From NCBI GenBank assembly GCA_963826525.1, contig CAWGXH010000005.1, positions 192,001 through 256,000 of the forward strand: a stretch of 64,000 bases of DNA. The letters are read 5' to 3'. Below the pieces are notes generated by a model, which saw only the letters and a list, made by a program, of their open reading frames with translations, was not told the origin of the DNA and searched no databases. Positions 34,657-45,945 of this stretch are shown one piece after another. The first letter of the stretch is position 1. Each line of letters opens with the position of its first letter. This DNA comes from an uncultured Methanomicrobiaceae archaeon. GTDB lineage: Archaea > Halobacteriota > Methanomicrobia > Methanomicrobiales > Methanoculleaceae. The position numbers were made by a program, and so were the translations under genes.

Positions 34657-36021
34657 TCAGTTCTTGAAACTGTGAATCGGCGCGGGGATCCGTCCGCCGC
34701 GGTTTATGAAGTCCGCGCAGCCGAATCTGTTGACCTGCTGGATCGGTGCATGGCCTAAAAGTCCGCCGAACTCGACCGTGTCGCCGACGCCCTTTCCTAT
34801 CACGGGGATCAGCCGGACGGCGGTCGTCTTCTGGTTGATCATCCCGATTGCAGCCTCATCCGCGATGATACCGGATATTGTCGAAGCGGGTGTGTCGCCC
34901 GGAATTGCGATCATATCGAGGCCGACCGAGCATACGCAGGTCATCGCCTCGAGCTTTTCAAACGTCAGGGCGCCGCGGTTCACCGCATCGATCATCCCCT
35001 GGTCCTCGCTGACCGGGATGAATGCACCCGAAAGTCCGCCGACAAAGGAGCTCGCCATAACCCCTCCCTTCTTCACCTGGTCGTTTAAGAGGGCAAGTGC
35101 GGCCGTCGTCCCCGGTGCACCGACCGACTCAAGCCCCATCTCCTCGAGGATCTCGGCGACGCTGTCCCCGACGGAGGGCGTCGGGGCAAGAGAGAGATCG
35201 ACGATCCCGAACGGGATGCCGAGCCTCTCCGACGCCTCCTGGGCGACGAGCTGCCCTGCACGGGTGACCTTGAAAGCCGTTCTCTTGACGGTCTCGCAGA
35301 GCACCTCGAAGCTCTCTCCACGCACTCTCTCGAGTGCACGCTTTACAACACCCGGGCCGCTGACACCGAGGTTGATGACGGCATCGGCCTCGGTAACGCC
35401 GTGGAACGCTCCGGCCATGAACGGGTTGTCGTCGGGAGCATTGCAGAGGACGACCAGTTTTGTACACCCCATCGAGTTGTTTTCCTTCGTGGCTTCTGCT
35501 GTTCCCCTGACAATCTCCCCCATCAGTTTTACGGCATCCATGTTGATCCCGGTCTTCGTCGAGCCGATATTGACGGAGCTGCAGACCCTTTCGGTGCAGG
35601 ATAAGGCCGCCGGAATGGAGTGAATCAGGTTTTCATCGGCAGGGGTCATGCCTTTCGAAACAAGAGCGGAATAACCGCCGAGGAAGTTTACCCGGGTGTC
35701 CCTCGCGGCCTTATCGAGCGTCTTTGCAATCTCCACAAAGTCTCCGGGGGTCTTGCAGGCCCCTCCCCCGACAAGGGCGATAGGGGTTACGGAGATTCTT
35801 TTGTTAACAATAGGGATTCCATATTCGAGTTCGATCTGGCGGCCTGTCGAGACGAGATCCTTTGCCAGCCGGGTGATCTTATCATAGATATTGCGGTTCA
35901 GGGTATCGAGATCGGAATCGCAGCAGTCGAGAAGGCTGATGCCGAGCGTGATTGTCCTGACATCCAGCATCTCTTGCTCGATCATCGTGTTCGTCTCGTT
36001 TACCTCGAGGATGTTGATCAT
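34657..36021 (-). CDS. UPF0210 / DUF711 (PFL-like) protein
   Basis: [62 protein letters not shown]. Confidence 0.93.
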   Translation of the reverse strand: MINILEVNETNTMIEQEMLDVRTITLGISLLDCCDSDLDTLNRNIYDKITRLAKDLVSTGRQIELEYGIPIVNKRISVTPIALVGGGACKTPGDFVEIAKTLDKAARDTRVNFLGGYSALVSKGMTPADENLIHSIPAALSCTERVCSSVNIGSTKTGINMDAVKLMGEIVRGTAEATKENNSMGCTKLVVLCNAPDDNPFMAGAFHGVTEADAVINLGVSGPGVVKRALERVRGESFEVLCETVKRTAFKVTRAGQLVAQEASERLGIPFGIVDLSLAPTPSVGDSVAEILEEMGLESVGAPGTTAALALLNDQVKKGGVMASSFVGGLSGAFIPVSEDQGMIDAVNRGALTFEKLEAMTCVCSVGLDMIAIPGDTPASTISGIIADEAAIGMINQKTTAVRLIPVIGKGVGDTVEFGGLLGHAPIQQVNRFGCADFINRGGRIPAPIHSFKN

Positions 36022-36031
36022 GAAATCTCCT

Positions 36032-36304
36032 TCAGATGCGGTGCATTTTTGTGAAGATATCTTCACGCTGGCATCGGATCTTCACGCCGATCTCATCGCC
36101 CAGGTTTTCAAGCTCGGTAACCATCTCACCGAACGGTTTTTCCGACCCGCTCGTATCGACGATCATCATCATATTGAAGTAGCCCTGCACGATCGTCTGC
36201 GAAATATCCTCGACGTTTACGTTACTGTTCGCAAGATACGTACAGACCCTTGCTATAATCCCCACGGTGTCCTTGCCGACGACGGTGACAATGGTTTTAT
36301 TCAT
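36032..36304 (-). CDS. UPF0237 ACT-domain protein
   Basis: [32 protein letters not shown]; the usual partner of UPF0210. Confidence 0.92.
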   Translation of the reverse strand: MNKTIVTVVGKDTVGIIARVCTYLANSNVNVEDISQTIVQGYFNMMMIVDTSGSEKPFGEMVTELENLGDEIGVKIRCQREDIFTKMHRI

Positions 36305-36415
36305 GCTCTGGTTCATCCCGCATTAGTGTTGGCGCTCATCCGGCATTAATACGGTTTTGCGCGGCGCCACGTAGGTATAAAGTACGCCTGAAAATTCCAG
36401 AACATTACTGCCCGA

Positions 36416-38728
36416 TCAACGGCCGCCGCCGTCCGTATCGACGCAGGTGACGTAGTACGACCGCCGCCCGTCCTCCTCCCGGACGACGATCCCGTGCATC
36501 TCGTTCTCAAAACCGGGATAGCGGTTGTCGAAATCCTCGCAGAAGGCGAGGTAATCGATGATCGCTCGCGTCTCCGCCGAACACTGTTCTCCGGGCATGA
36601 TGACGGGGATTCCGGGTGGATAGGGAACGACCATCATCGCGACGGGCTTCCCCGCGAGATCGCGGATGGGAACCTCCGTTACGCTGCCCCGGACGAGATG
36701 CCGGTAGGCCTCGGCCGGCGTCATCGCAGGCTCCGGGAGGTGGGCGTAGACATTCCGGACGACCCCGGTGATCTCCCCGGCCTTCAGGTACTCGTGCATC
36801 TCCTGGCAGAGATCGCGGATGCCCCGCTCCGCATAGCCGACGGGATAGTCGGGGGCGAGGTCGGGGAAGACCTCGGTGAGGGGGTGGTTGTCGTCGTAGA
36901 GCGCCTTGAACCGGAAGAGTTCGGCGAGGAGGCTCCCCGACTTGCCTTTGGTGATGCCGAGGGTGAAGAGCACCAGGAACGAGTAGTATCCCGTCTTCTC
37001 GACCACGATCCCGTGGTTCCGGAGGTACTTCGTCACGATGCCGGCGGGGATGCCCGACTCCTCCATCCTCCCCCCAACCTGTACGCCGGGGGTGAGGATG
37101 GTGACCTTGATTGGGTCAAGCATGACGTAATTCTCCTCAAACCCGCCGAAGGCATGCCAGTCATCACCCGGCCGGAGCGTCCAGCATCTCGCGGAGTTTC
37201 GAAGGAGGGTCTCGTCGGCCTCGCTGACGGAGACCTCGACGTCCTCATCCATGATACAGTCCGGCTGCCAGATGGTGAACCACCAGAGCATCTCCGGCGG
37301 CCGCCTGCTTGCCGCGATCTCCTCGCCGACCGTCACCATCTTCTTCCGGAATACTATCGCCTCTTCGATCGCCTCCTCGATCAGGAACTTGCCCGAGTGG
37401 CCGGCCATCATCTTGGTCGCGACGTCGAGCGATGCGACGATCATATACTGCGGGGAGGTGGAGGTGAACATCATGAACGCCTCGTTGAACCGCACGGGGT
37501 CGACGGGAGAGCTCCCCTGCCTGATATGCACCATCGATCCCTGCGAGAATGCGGCGAGGACTTTGTGGGTCGACTGCGTCGCAAAGACCGTCGGGCTCCC
37601 CTTTCCCACCGGGTGCATCCCATACCTCCCGGCATACAGCGGGTGGAATTTTGCGTAGGCGAACCACGCCTCGTCGTAGTGGATGAACGGAACGATCTCC
37701 TTCAGGTGCTCGTGGATCGTCCCGACGTTGTAGCAGAGGCCGTCGTAGGTGGAGTTCGTGATGACGGCGAGCCGGACCTGGTGCACCGCGGGGTCGGCGA
37801 TCAGGGGGCAGTCGGCGATCTTCCTTTGAATCGTCCCGTGATGAAACTCGCTGCTGTGGATCGGGCCGATGATGCCGTACTCGTTCCGCGAGGGGATGAG
37901 GTAAATCGGGATCGCCCCGGTCATAATGATCGCGTGCATGATGGACTTATGGCAGTTCCGGTCGACGAGGACGATATCCCCCGGCGTCACCGTCCCGAGC
38001 CAGACGATCTTGTTCGCTCCGCTCGTCCCGTTCGTCACGAAGTAGGTGCGGTCGGAGCCGAAGACGTCGGAGGCACGCCGTTCCGCCTCGCCGACCACGC
38101 CCGTATGCTCCTGGATCGACCCGAGCTCCGCCACCGAGACCGAGAGGTCGGCACGCAGCGTATTCTCCCCGAAAAAGTTGAAGAAAACCCGACCAGCCGC
38201 AGTCTTGAGGAACGCCACCCCGCCCATATGCCCCGGCGTATGCCAGGAGTACCTGTACTCGTCGACGTACTCCACCAGAGCCTTGAAGAAGGGAGGGAGG
38301 ACATCGGAGAGGTAGGTGCGTGCCGCCCTTTTGATATGTCCGGCGATGAAGTCGGGCGTATCCTCGAGCTTCCAGATATACCCCTCGATCGTCGAGATCA
38401 CCTCGAGCGGTATCGCGCTAATGGCAAGCCGCTCGGTATAGAGGAATATCGGGATCTTCCGGTTCCGCTCCCGGATAAGAGTGATGACGTCGGCCGCCGT
38501 CAGCATCCCGTCCCCCTGCTCGGGGGTCAGGTCCCAGTCGATGATGATGCAGCTGACGTGGGGATGCGAGAGGAATGCATGGATGCCGTCCCGGGCAGTA
38601 AGCGCCTCGATGACGGTAAAATCCTCTTTCTTCAGTTCTCCGACGATCTCCCGCGAGGCTCTCCCTTCGGCGGTCTCCGAGTGGAGCTCGTCGTCGATGA
38701 TCAGAATCGGAAACTCCTGGTACTCCAT
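36416..38728 (-). CDS. PLP-dependent Orn/Lys/Arg decarboxylase with N-terminal wing (receiver-like) domain
   Basis: HTPGHMGG, VTNGTS, DRNCHKS, HYDEAW, TQSTHK (PLP Lys), STSPQY, PYPPGIP, FENEMHG. Confidence 0.93.
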   Translation of the reverse strand: MEYQEFPILIIDDELHSETAEGRASREIVGELKKEDFTVIEALTARDGIHAFLSHPHVSCIIIDWDLTPEQGDGMLTAADVITLIRERNRKIPIFLYTERLAISAIPLEVISTIEGYIWKLEDTPDFIAGHIKRAARTYLSDVLPPFFKALVEYVDEYRYSWHTPGHMGGVAFLKTAAGRVFFNFFGENTLRADLSVSVAELGSIQEHTGVVGEAERRASDVFGSDRTYFVTNGTSGANKIVWLGTVTPGDIVLVDRNCHKSIMHAIIMTGAIPIYLIPSRNEYGIIGPIHSSEFHHGTIQRKIADCPLIADPAVHQVRLAVITNSTYDGLCYNVGTIHEHLKEIVPFIHYDEAWFAYAKFHPLYAGRYGMHPVGKGSPTVFATQSTHKVLAAFSQGSMVHIRQGSSPVDPVRFNEAFMMFTSTSPQYMIVASLDVATKMMAGHSGKFLIEEAIEEAIVFRKKMVTVGEEIAASRRPPEMLWWFTIWQPDCIMDEDVEVSVSEADETLLRNSARCWTLRPGDDWHAFGGFEENYVMLDPIKVTILTPGVQVGGRMEESGIPAGIVTKYLRNHGIVVEKTGYYSFLVLFTLGITKGKSGSLLAELFRFKALYDDNHPLTEVFPDLAPDYPVGYAERGIRDLCQEMHEYLKAGEITGVVRNVYAHLPEPAMTPAEAYRHLVRGSVTEVPIRDLAGKPVAMMVVPYPPGIPVIMPGEQCSAETRAIIDYLAFCEDFDNRYPGFENEMHGIVVREEDGRRSYYVTCVDTDGGGR

Positions 38729-38803
38729 TGATCCTTCTCCGGAGATGAGGAGGTAGCCGGAGTGGCTACATAAGCGTTGCTATCGGCGCGGCGGTTGCCC
38801 CGC

Positions 38804-39649
38804 TTACCCGAGCTCGAACGACGTGACGCCGAAGATCTCATGCAGGGGAAGATCGGGGACCGACTGCGTGTACATCCGTATCGTCTCGAAGACCGGCACC
38901 ATCCCGTGCCTGCGAGCGATATCGACCGCAGCGGGATTCGGCTCCGGCGTATCGAAGTAGACGCACTCCCCGGGTGCGAATGCCATCAGCCCGTGGAAGA
39001 TCGTCTCCGCATCAGCGGGGGTATCAGCGAAGAGCGGCCCTATCTTATAGCCGTTGAAACACGTCCTGATGACGCCGTAGCCGGCTAGCCGTCCGTCGTC
39101 ACGGAGGACTGCCCGTCCGATACTGTCCCCCTGCGAGAGCCACGCCCGGAGGAACGCCGGCCGCGGTGCGGGGAAATGCGCAGTGTCATATGCCAGCACC
39201 TGCTCGAAGGGGAGATCGGCAAGATCGACGAGGCCCGGTGGCTCGCCGCCGCCGCCGATACCTTCGAACCGGATGTTCCGGTATGCGAGGATAAACCCGG
39301 ATCGCTCGTTATACTTCTGCTGCATCTCGACGACACCGTCCCCGCCGATATTCCGGCCGGCCGCGTGCGCCATCGCCGCATCAAAGAGCCGGCTCCCGTA
39401 TCCCCTGCCGCGGAAAGCCGGCTTGATGATATAAAATCCGCCGAAAGCGAACGTATCGCCGTACACGACGGCGGACATGCACCCGATCGGCTCCCCGTCG
39501 AGCTCGGCGAGGAAGAAGCCTCGGGGATCGGCTGCATAAAAGCATTCCGCGTCGTGGATCCCGGGATTCCACCCTTCCTGCTCCGCCCATGCAACCGCGA
39601 TATCGACCTCCCGTGGCTCCATCCGCCGTACGACCAGCTCTTTACTCAT
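38804..39649 (-). CDS. GNAT acetyltransferase (tandem GNAT, YitH-like)
   Basis: WAEQEGWNPG, FRGRGYG, YKIGPLFAD, IFGVTSFELG. Confidence 0.88.
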   Translation of the reverse strand: MSKELVVRRMEPREVDIAVAWAEQEGWNPGIHDAECFYAADPRGFFLAELDGEPIGCMSAVVYGDTFAFGGFYIIKPAFRGRGYGSRLFDAAMAHAAGRNIGGDGVVEMQQKYNERSGFILAYRNIRFEGIGGGGEPPGLVDLADLPFEQVLAYDTAHFPAPRPAFLRAWLSQGDSIGRAVLRDDGRLAGYGVIRTCFNGYKIGPLFADTPADAETIFHGLMAFAPGECVYFDTPEPNPAAVDIARRHGMVPVFETIRMYTQSVPDLPLHEIFGVTSFELG

Positions 39650-39856
39650 GCATCTCTCCTGATGAAGTATGCATGCCGGGGGTATATCCGCTTTTTCAAT
39701 TGCAGCACCGGCAGCGTGCAGGGTGGGGCCGTGCCGACTGGAATCTTTATTGTGCCGGGAGAGTATCCGGTGTGATACCATGCACACTTCCAGGATCGCA
39801 TTTACGGACTCCGGCCGTCCCCACCGGGATTGCCGGGACGGCAGGGGTGGGAGGAC

Positions 39857-41359
39857 ATGATACTCGTCCGGGGAAGCGGCGTTCTCATGCACATAACGTC
39901 GCTCCCGTCCCGGTTCGGTATCGGCGATCTTGGGCCTGCCGCCTACCGATTTGCAGACTTCCTCGCCGATACCGGCCAGCGTTACTGGCAGATACTCCCC
40001 ATCAACCCGACGAGCCTGGAGTATGCCCACTCTCCTTACTCGAGCCCGTCCTCGCTTGGGTTCAATACCCTGCTCATCAGCCCCGAGGAGATGGTGGCTG
40101 CCGGCCTCCTCGACTCCGAGGATCTCGACCCCGCGCCGACGTTCCCGGCAGCGTCCGTCGATTACGCGAAAGCAGCCGGGTTCCGCGCCCGTATCTTCGA
40201 TACGGCGTTCGAGCGGTTCCGGGAGAGCGGCGGGGACTGTCGTTTCGATGCCTTTCGCCGGGAGAATCGAGACTGGCTCGACGATCACGCCCTCTTCGTC
40301 GCGCTCAAAGAGCATACCGGTGGAAAGGCCTGGAGCGACTGGCCGGCACCGCTCCGCGACCGGCAGCCCGAGATGCTTGCGCGGATGCGAGGAAGAGCTC
40401 GAAGAGAAGATCGAGCGGGAGATATTCCTCCAGTACATCTTCGCGGAGCAGTGGTCGTCTCTCCGCCGCTACGCCGCTGACCGGAAAGTCCACTTCATCG
40501 GCGACATCCCGATCTACATCGCCTACGATAGTGTCGACGTCTGGAAGACCCCCGGCATCTTCAAGCTCGACGAGAGGATGCGGCCGACGGTCGTCGCCGG
40601 TGTTCCGCCGGACTGCTTCAGCAGGACGGGGCAGCTCTGGGGCAACCCCGTCTATGACTGGAAGGCCCTCAAAGAACAGGACTACGCATGGTGGGTGCGG
40701 CGGATCGCTCGTGCTCTGGACATGTGCGATCTTACCCGTATCGATCACTTCCGGGGATTTATCGACTACTGGGAGGTGCCTGCAGGAGATGCGACCGCAG
40801 AGAACGGCTACTGGGTCGATGGCCCGGGTACGGACTTCTTCGACCGTCTCGCCGGGCACTTCCCCTGCCTGCCGATCATCGCCGAAGATCTCGGGGACAA
40901 CACCCCCGCCATCCAGACGGTTCTCGACCGTTTCGGGTTCCCGGGGATGCGGGTTCTCCTCTATGCGTTCGCGGGCGACCCGGCGACGAGCCCGCATGCT
41001 CCTCACAACCACATCCAGAACTGCATCGTCTACACCGGGACGCACGATAACGAGACGGTGCGGGGCTGGTTTGAAGAGTCGGCAGGAAAACAGGAGCGCC
41101 GGCGTCTCTTCCGGTATCTCGGAAGGCGAATATCCCGCCCCCAAAGTCCATCAGCGAGTTCGTCAGGATGGCACTCGGCTCGGTCGCCCGGATAGCGATC
41201 ATTCCCGTCCAGGACCTCTTCGGGATGGGGAACGCCGACCGGATGAACCGCCCGGCAACAGTGGAGCACAACTGGGTCTGGCGGCTGACTCCCGGGCAGT
41301 TCGCAAAAGCGCCTGCCGGGTGGCTCCGGGAGCTTGCGGAAGTGTACCGGCGGACCTGA
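39857..41359 (+). CDS. malQ: 4-alpha-glucanotransferase (GH77), frameshifted
   Basis: SGVLMHITSLP, GDIPIY, GQLWGNP, RIDHFRG, IAEDLG, YTGTHDN. Confidence 0.92.
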
Positions 41360-41504
41360 ACGGACGAATCGGTTTCATTCGGGAAGATTCCGGCATACCC
41401 GGGAGGCACCGCGGCTGGTTATTGATTCTGTGCCCGCTTATGCCGGGGAGAACTTAAATATGGGGCTGTACAACACTATGCCTATGAGGAACGGCGGGGC
41501 GGGT

Positions 41505-42907
41505 ATGGCGCGAGTCTGTTTTGTATTCTCGATGCACCACCCGTATCCCGTCCCTGGAGTACTCCGGATGAATGCGCCTTCGACCGGGGCGGGAGGGATT
41601 GGTTCCTGCAGATGGTCGCCGGGGCATACCTGCCCGCATTCGAGCTCCTGCAGGTCTGGCGTGACCGGGACGTTCCCTGCAGCATCAGCTGCTCGGGCAC
41701 TGCCGTCGAACACCTCGAACGGTGGGCGCCGGAGGCGTACGATCTCTTCCGTAACAGCGTAACGGCCGGAGAGACGGAACTCCTCGCCGGAACCTACTAC
41801 CACAGTGTTGTCGGCCTCTTCGCCGACCAGGAGGAGTTCTGCGAACAGGTCGAAATGCACCTCGGACTGATGGAGCGGTTGAGCGGCGATAAGCCCTGCA
41901 TCTTCGACTCCGCCAGTGTCCCGCTCACCCCCGCGATGGCGGCGAGCCTCCGCACGATGGGTCTCCGGGGGGCATACGTCGAGGGAACGGAGGCGACGCT
42001 CGCCGGGAATGACCCGGGATTTGTATACCGCTACGCCGACCTTCCGGTCCTGGTCAAACACTGCCCGCTCTCCGACGATATTGCGGAGCGGCTCCACCAT
42101 CCCGGGTGGGACAGGTACCCGCTCACCCCCGATACCTTCGCCGGGTGGATCGCATCGTCGCCGGGTGACTGTATCCATCTCTCCATCGATCTTGCCGCTT
42201 TCCGGACGAGAGACGGATGCCACTGCACCCTCATGGAGTTCATGCGCTCGCTCCCCGAAGCACTCGCCGATCACGGCATCACCCCGACTACCCCGTCGGA
42301 GGTCGTCAATGCTCTTGCCGATACCGCCGAACCTGTCGACGGGGTCTATGACACCTCTTCGGTCTGGCAGAAGAATATGTTCCAGCAGTCCGCACTCGAT
42401 GCCCTGGAGAGTGCAGGGCGGTGGCTCCCGGATAGACAACTCTGGCGCCGCCTCTCCGCGACCGACCACTTCCAGGCCATGGCGATGAATTCGGGAGGCT
42501 GCGGTGGGGCATATCGGCAGAAAAGCCAGCAGGAGGCGTTCGACTCCTTTACCGCTTTCATGCACGTGCTCTCGCGCCTCGAAGAGGCATCGCTACCCGA
42601 AGTCTCTTCGAAAGATGCTGCCCTGACTCTGCGGTCGGTTCCGCCCGAGACGGCCTTCTGTTTCTCCTCGAAGGAGAGACTCGCCGGATACTCCGCGTAC
42701 AGTCTTCAGGAACTCTCCGATCTGCTTGAATACGCATCCGAAGAGGTTATCGCGTATCACCGGGAGCGCGGCGACTTTGTCCGGTGGATCCGCGATGTGA
42801 TCGGCGATACGCGGCTCGGCGCGATAGCCCGGGACTGCACGAGCCGCGATGAACTCCGCACTGCCATACAGGAAAGGATACGGGAATCATGGGATCGCTT
42901 AAGATAG
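41505..42907 (+). CDS. GH57 amylase-like protein with C-terminal DUF5752-like domain (frameshifted)
   Basis: FSMHHPY, ELLAGTYYHS, LSDDIA..WDRYPLTPD; C-terminus AYSLQEL..YHRERGDFVRWIRDV. Confidence 0.75.
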
Positions 42908-44048
42908 CCTTCTTCAGGCTGGGAGTCGCTCTTCTCGGTCAAGGTCGGGGGTCTTGCGCCTGCCACGACGCACCTTGCGGAGGAGCTTGCACGCAAGCAC
43001 GAGGTTCACTTCTTCACCCGCGGCGAGGGGAAAGACCGGCAGATAAACAATGTTCACTATCACTACTGCCGGCCGACCGGCGACAACATCATCGACTACT
43101 GCCGGAACCTGAGCATCGAGGCGACCGGGAAGTTTCTCGAGCATGACCGGCCGCCGTTCGATATCCTCCACTTCCACGACTGGCACTTCACCGAAGCCCT
43201 GCACCTCCTGAAAGACCGGCAGACGGTGCTCTCTTACCACTCGACCGAGTACCGGACGAAACGGCAGTCAGTTCGGAGGCTGGTGGGAATTCCAAGAGGT
43301 CTCGGCGAAAGAGTGGTACGCCGGCTACATCGCAAAGACGATTACGACCGTCTCGAATCATACCAAGACCGAGATCATGTGGCTCTATGATGTCCCTGAG
43401 TGGAAGGTCACGGTCATCCCGAACGGCATCTACCCCGACCACTACCGGATGGACGTAGACCCGGGAGCGGTGAAGAAGCAGTACGGCATTCACCCGCTTG
43501 CTCCGACCGTCCTCTTCGTCGGGCGTCTCGTCTACCAGAAAGGGCCCGATCTCCTGATCGAGGCGATCCCGCTCATCCTCGAAAAAAGGTGGGACGTTCA
43601 GTTCCTCATCGCCGGCAACGGGCAGATGCGCGAGCACCTCGAGGCGATGGCGGCCGGCCTTCCCGTGCAGTTCCTCGGCTACATCTCCGATACCGACCAT
43701 CTGCGCCTCCTGAACGCAGTAGATGTCGTCGTCATCCCGAGCAGGAACGAGCCTTTCGGCCTCGTGCTGACCGAAGCATGGAGTGCCGGGCGCTGCGTGG
43801 TGGCGACCGAGGTCGGCGGCCTTGCCGAGAACATCGAGAACTTCAAGGACGGTGTCAAAGTGCCGGTCAGGCCCGATTCGATAGCGTGGGGGATCGAGCA
43901 CGTCCTCCAGGATCCGGCGACCGTCCGGGCACTCGGTGCGGCCGGGAGAAAGAAGGTCGAGGCGGAGTTTGACTGGAACACCATCGCGGCCGGTATGGAA
44001 GACCTCTATCGCCGGCTGCTCGGTGGCGGACACCCGGAGCGACGCTGA
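42889..44048 (+). CDS. GT4 glycosyltransferase (candidate glycogen synthase), frameshifted
   Basis: VKVGGLA, HFHDWH, FVGRLVYQKG, PSRNEPFGLVLTEAW. Confidence 0.85.
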
Positions 44049-44054
44049 AGCACC

Positions 44055-45936
44055 ATGATCAGCGCCTACGATACCTACCTCTTCAGACAGGGGTACCACT
44101 ACCGGCTCTACACCAAGCTCGGCGCCCGGGTTGTCGAGATCGACGGCCGGAGAGGGACGCAGTTTGCGGTCTGGGCACCGAACGCTCTGGCCGTCTCGGT
44201 CGTCGGCGACTTCAACGGCTGGAACGGCGGCGCCAATCCGCTTGTCCGGCGGCAGGACGGCTCCGGTATCTGGGAGGGCTTCGTCCCCGGCGCCCGTGAG
44301 GGTGCCCTCTATAAGTATGCGATAACCACCCCTGCCGGGTGCGTGCAGAAAGGCGACCCGTATGCACTCTTCTGGGAGACACCGCCCCGGACGGCCTCGG
44401 TCATCTGGGATCTTACGTATGCGTGGCACGACGAAGACTGGATGCGTTCCCGCCACCGCAGCAACGCGGTCGATGCGCCGCTCTCGATCTACGAACTGCA
44501 CCTCGGGTCGTGGCGGCGCCCGGAGGACGAGCCCGAACGGTTCCTGACCTATCGGGAACTTGCTGAAGAGCTCCCCGGGTACGTCCGGGAGATGGGGTTT
44601 ACCCACGTCGAGTTCCTCCCGGTGATGGAGCACCCCTTCTACGCGTCGTGGGGCTACCAGACGGTGGGCTACTATGCACCCACCAGCAGGTACGGCACGC
44701 CGCAGGACTTCATGTACCTGATCGACCGCCTCCACCAGGAGGGGATAGGGGTGATCCTCGACTGGGTGCCCTCGCACTTCCCTCTCGACGAGTACGGGCT
44801 CGCCTCCTTCGACGGCACGCACCTCTACGAGCATGCGCACGACGTTCGGGGGCTTCACCCGGAGTGGACCTGCAACACCTTCAACCACGGCAGGCACGAG
44901 GTTCGTGCATTCCTCATCAGCAATGCCCTTTTCTGGCTTGATAAGTATCACGTCGACGGAATCCGGGTGGATGCCGTCTCATCGATGCTCTACCTCGACT
45001 ACGCCCGAAAGGCCGGGGAGTGGACGCCGAACAGGTACGGCGGAAGAGAGAACCTCGAGGCGATAGACTTCCTCCGGCGGCTCAACGAGGCGATACGAAC
45101 CGACTACCCCGATACGCTCGTCATCGCCGAAGAGGCGACCTCCTGGCCGCACGTCACCGGCCCGGTTCCGGCAGGGGGGCTCGGGTTTGACCTGAAGTGG
45201 AATATGGGGTGGATGCACGACACCCTGCGCTACCTCGGACTCGACCCGATCTTCCGGCAGTACCACCATAACCTGCTGACGTTCAGTATCTGGTATGCCT
45301 TCTCCGAGCGGTATGTCCTCCCGCTCTCGCACGACGAGGTCGTCCACGGAAAATCCTCCCTGATCGGCAAGATGCACGGCAATCCCTGGCAGCGGTTTGC
45401 AAACCTCCGCCTCCTCTTCGGCTACATGTATCACCCACCCGGGCAAGAAACTCCTCTTCATGGGCGCCGAGCTCGGGCAGTGGAACGAGTGGGACCATGA
45501 TACAGGCCTTGCATGGTACCTTCTTGCATACCCCCTCCATGCCGGCGTCCGGAAGTACCTGCAGGACCTGAACCGCTTCTACCGGAACGAACCCGCACTG
45601 TATGAGCGTGACTCCGACCCGGAGGGATTTTCCTGGGTTGACTGCAGCGACGTGAAGAAGAGCATCATCAGTTATCTGCGGTCGGGCGACCCGGCGGCCG
45701 GCACCATCCTCGTCGTCTGCAACGCCACCCCCGTCCCCCGGTACGGCTACCGGGTCGGTGTCCCGGAGGGAGGAGTCTGGCACGAGGCGCTGAACAGCGA
45801 CGCCGACGTATACGGGGGAAGCGGGGTCGGAAATCTCGGCGGTGTTGCGGCCGATCCGGTTCCTCTTCACGGCCAGCCTCACTCCCTCGCGCTGACCCTG
45901 CCGCCGCTCGCAACACTCATATTCAAGCACGAGTGA
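44055..45936 (+). CDS. glgB: 1,4-alpha-glucan branching enzyme (GH13), frameshifted
   Basis: [51 protein letters not shown]. Confidence 0.95.
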
Positions 45937-45945
45937 GAGTGGTGC

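Noticed and set aside
36494-38731. Long antisense ORFs such as 36494-38731(+), 7783-9585(-), 43188-44951(-) and 22963-24366(-)
   Set aside because: These are shadow ORFs caused by high GC3 codon bias opposite clearly identifiable genes.
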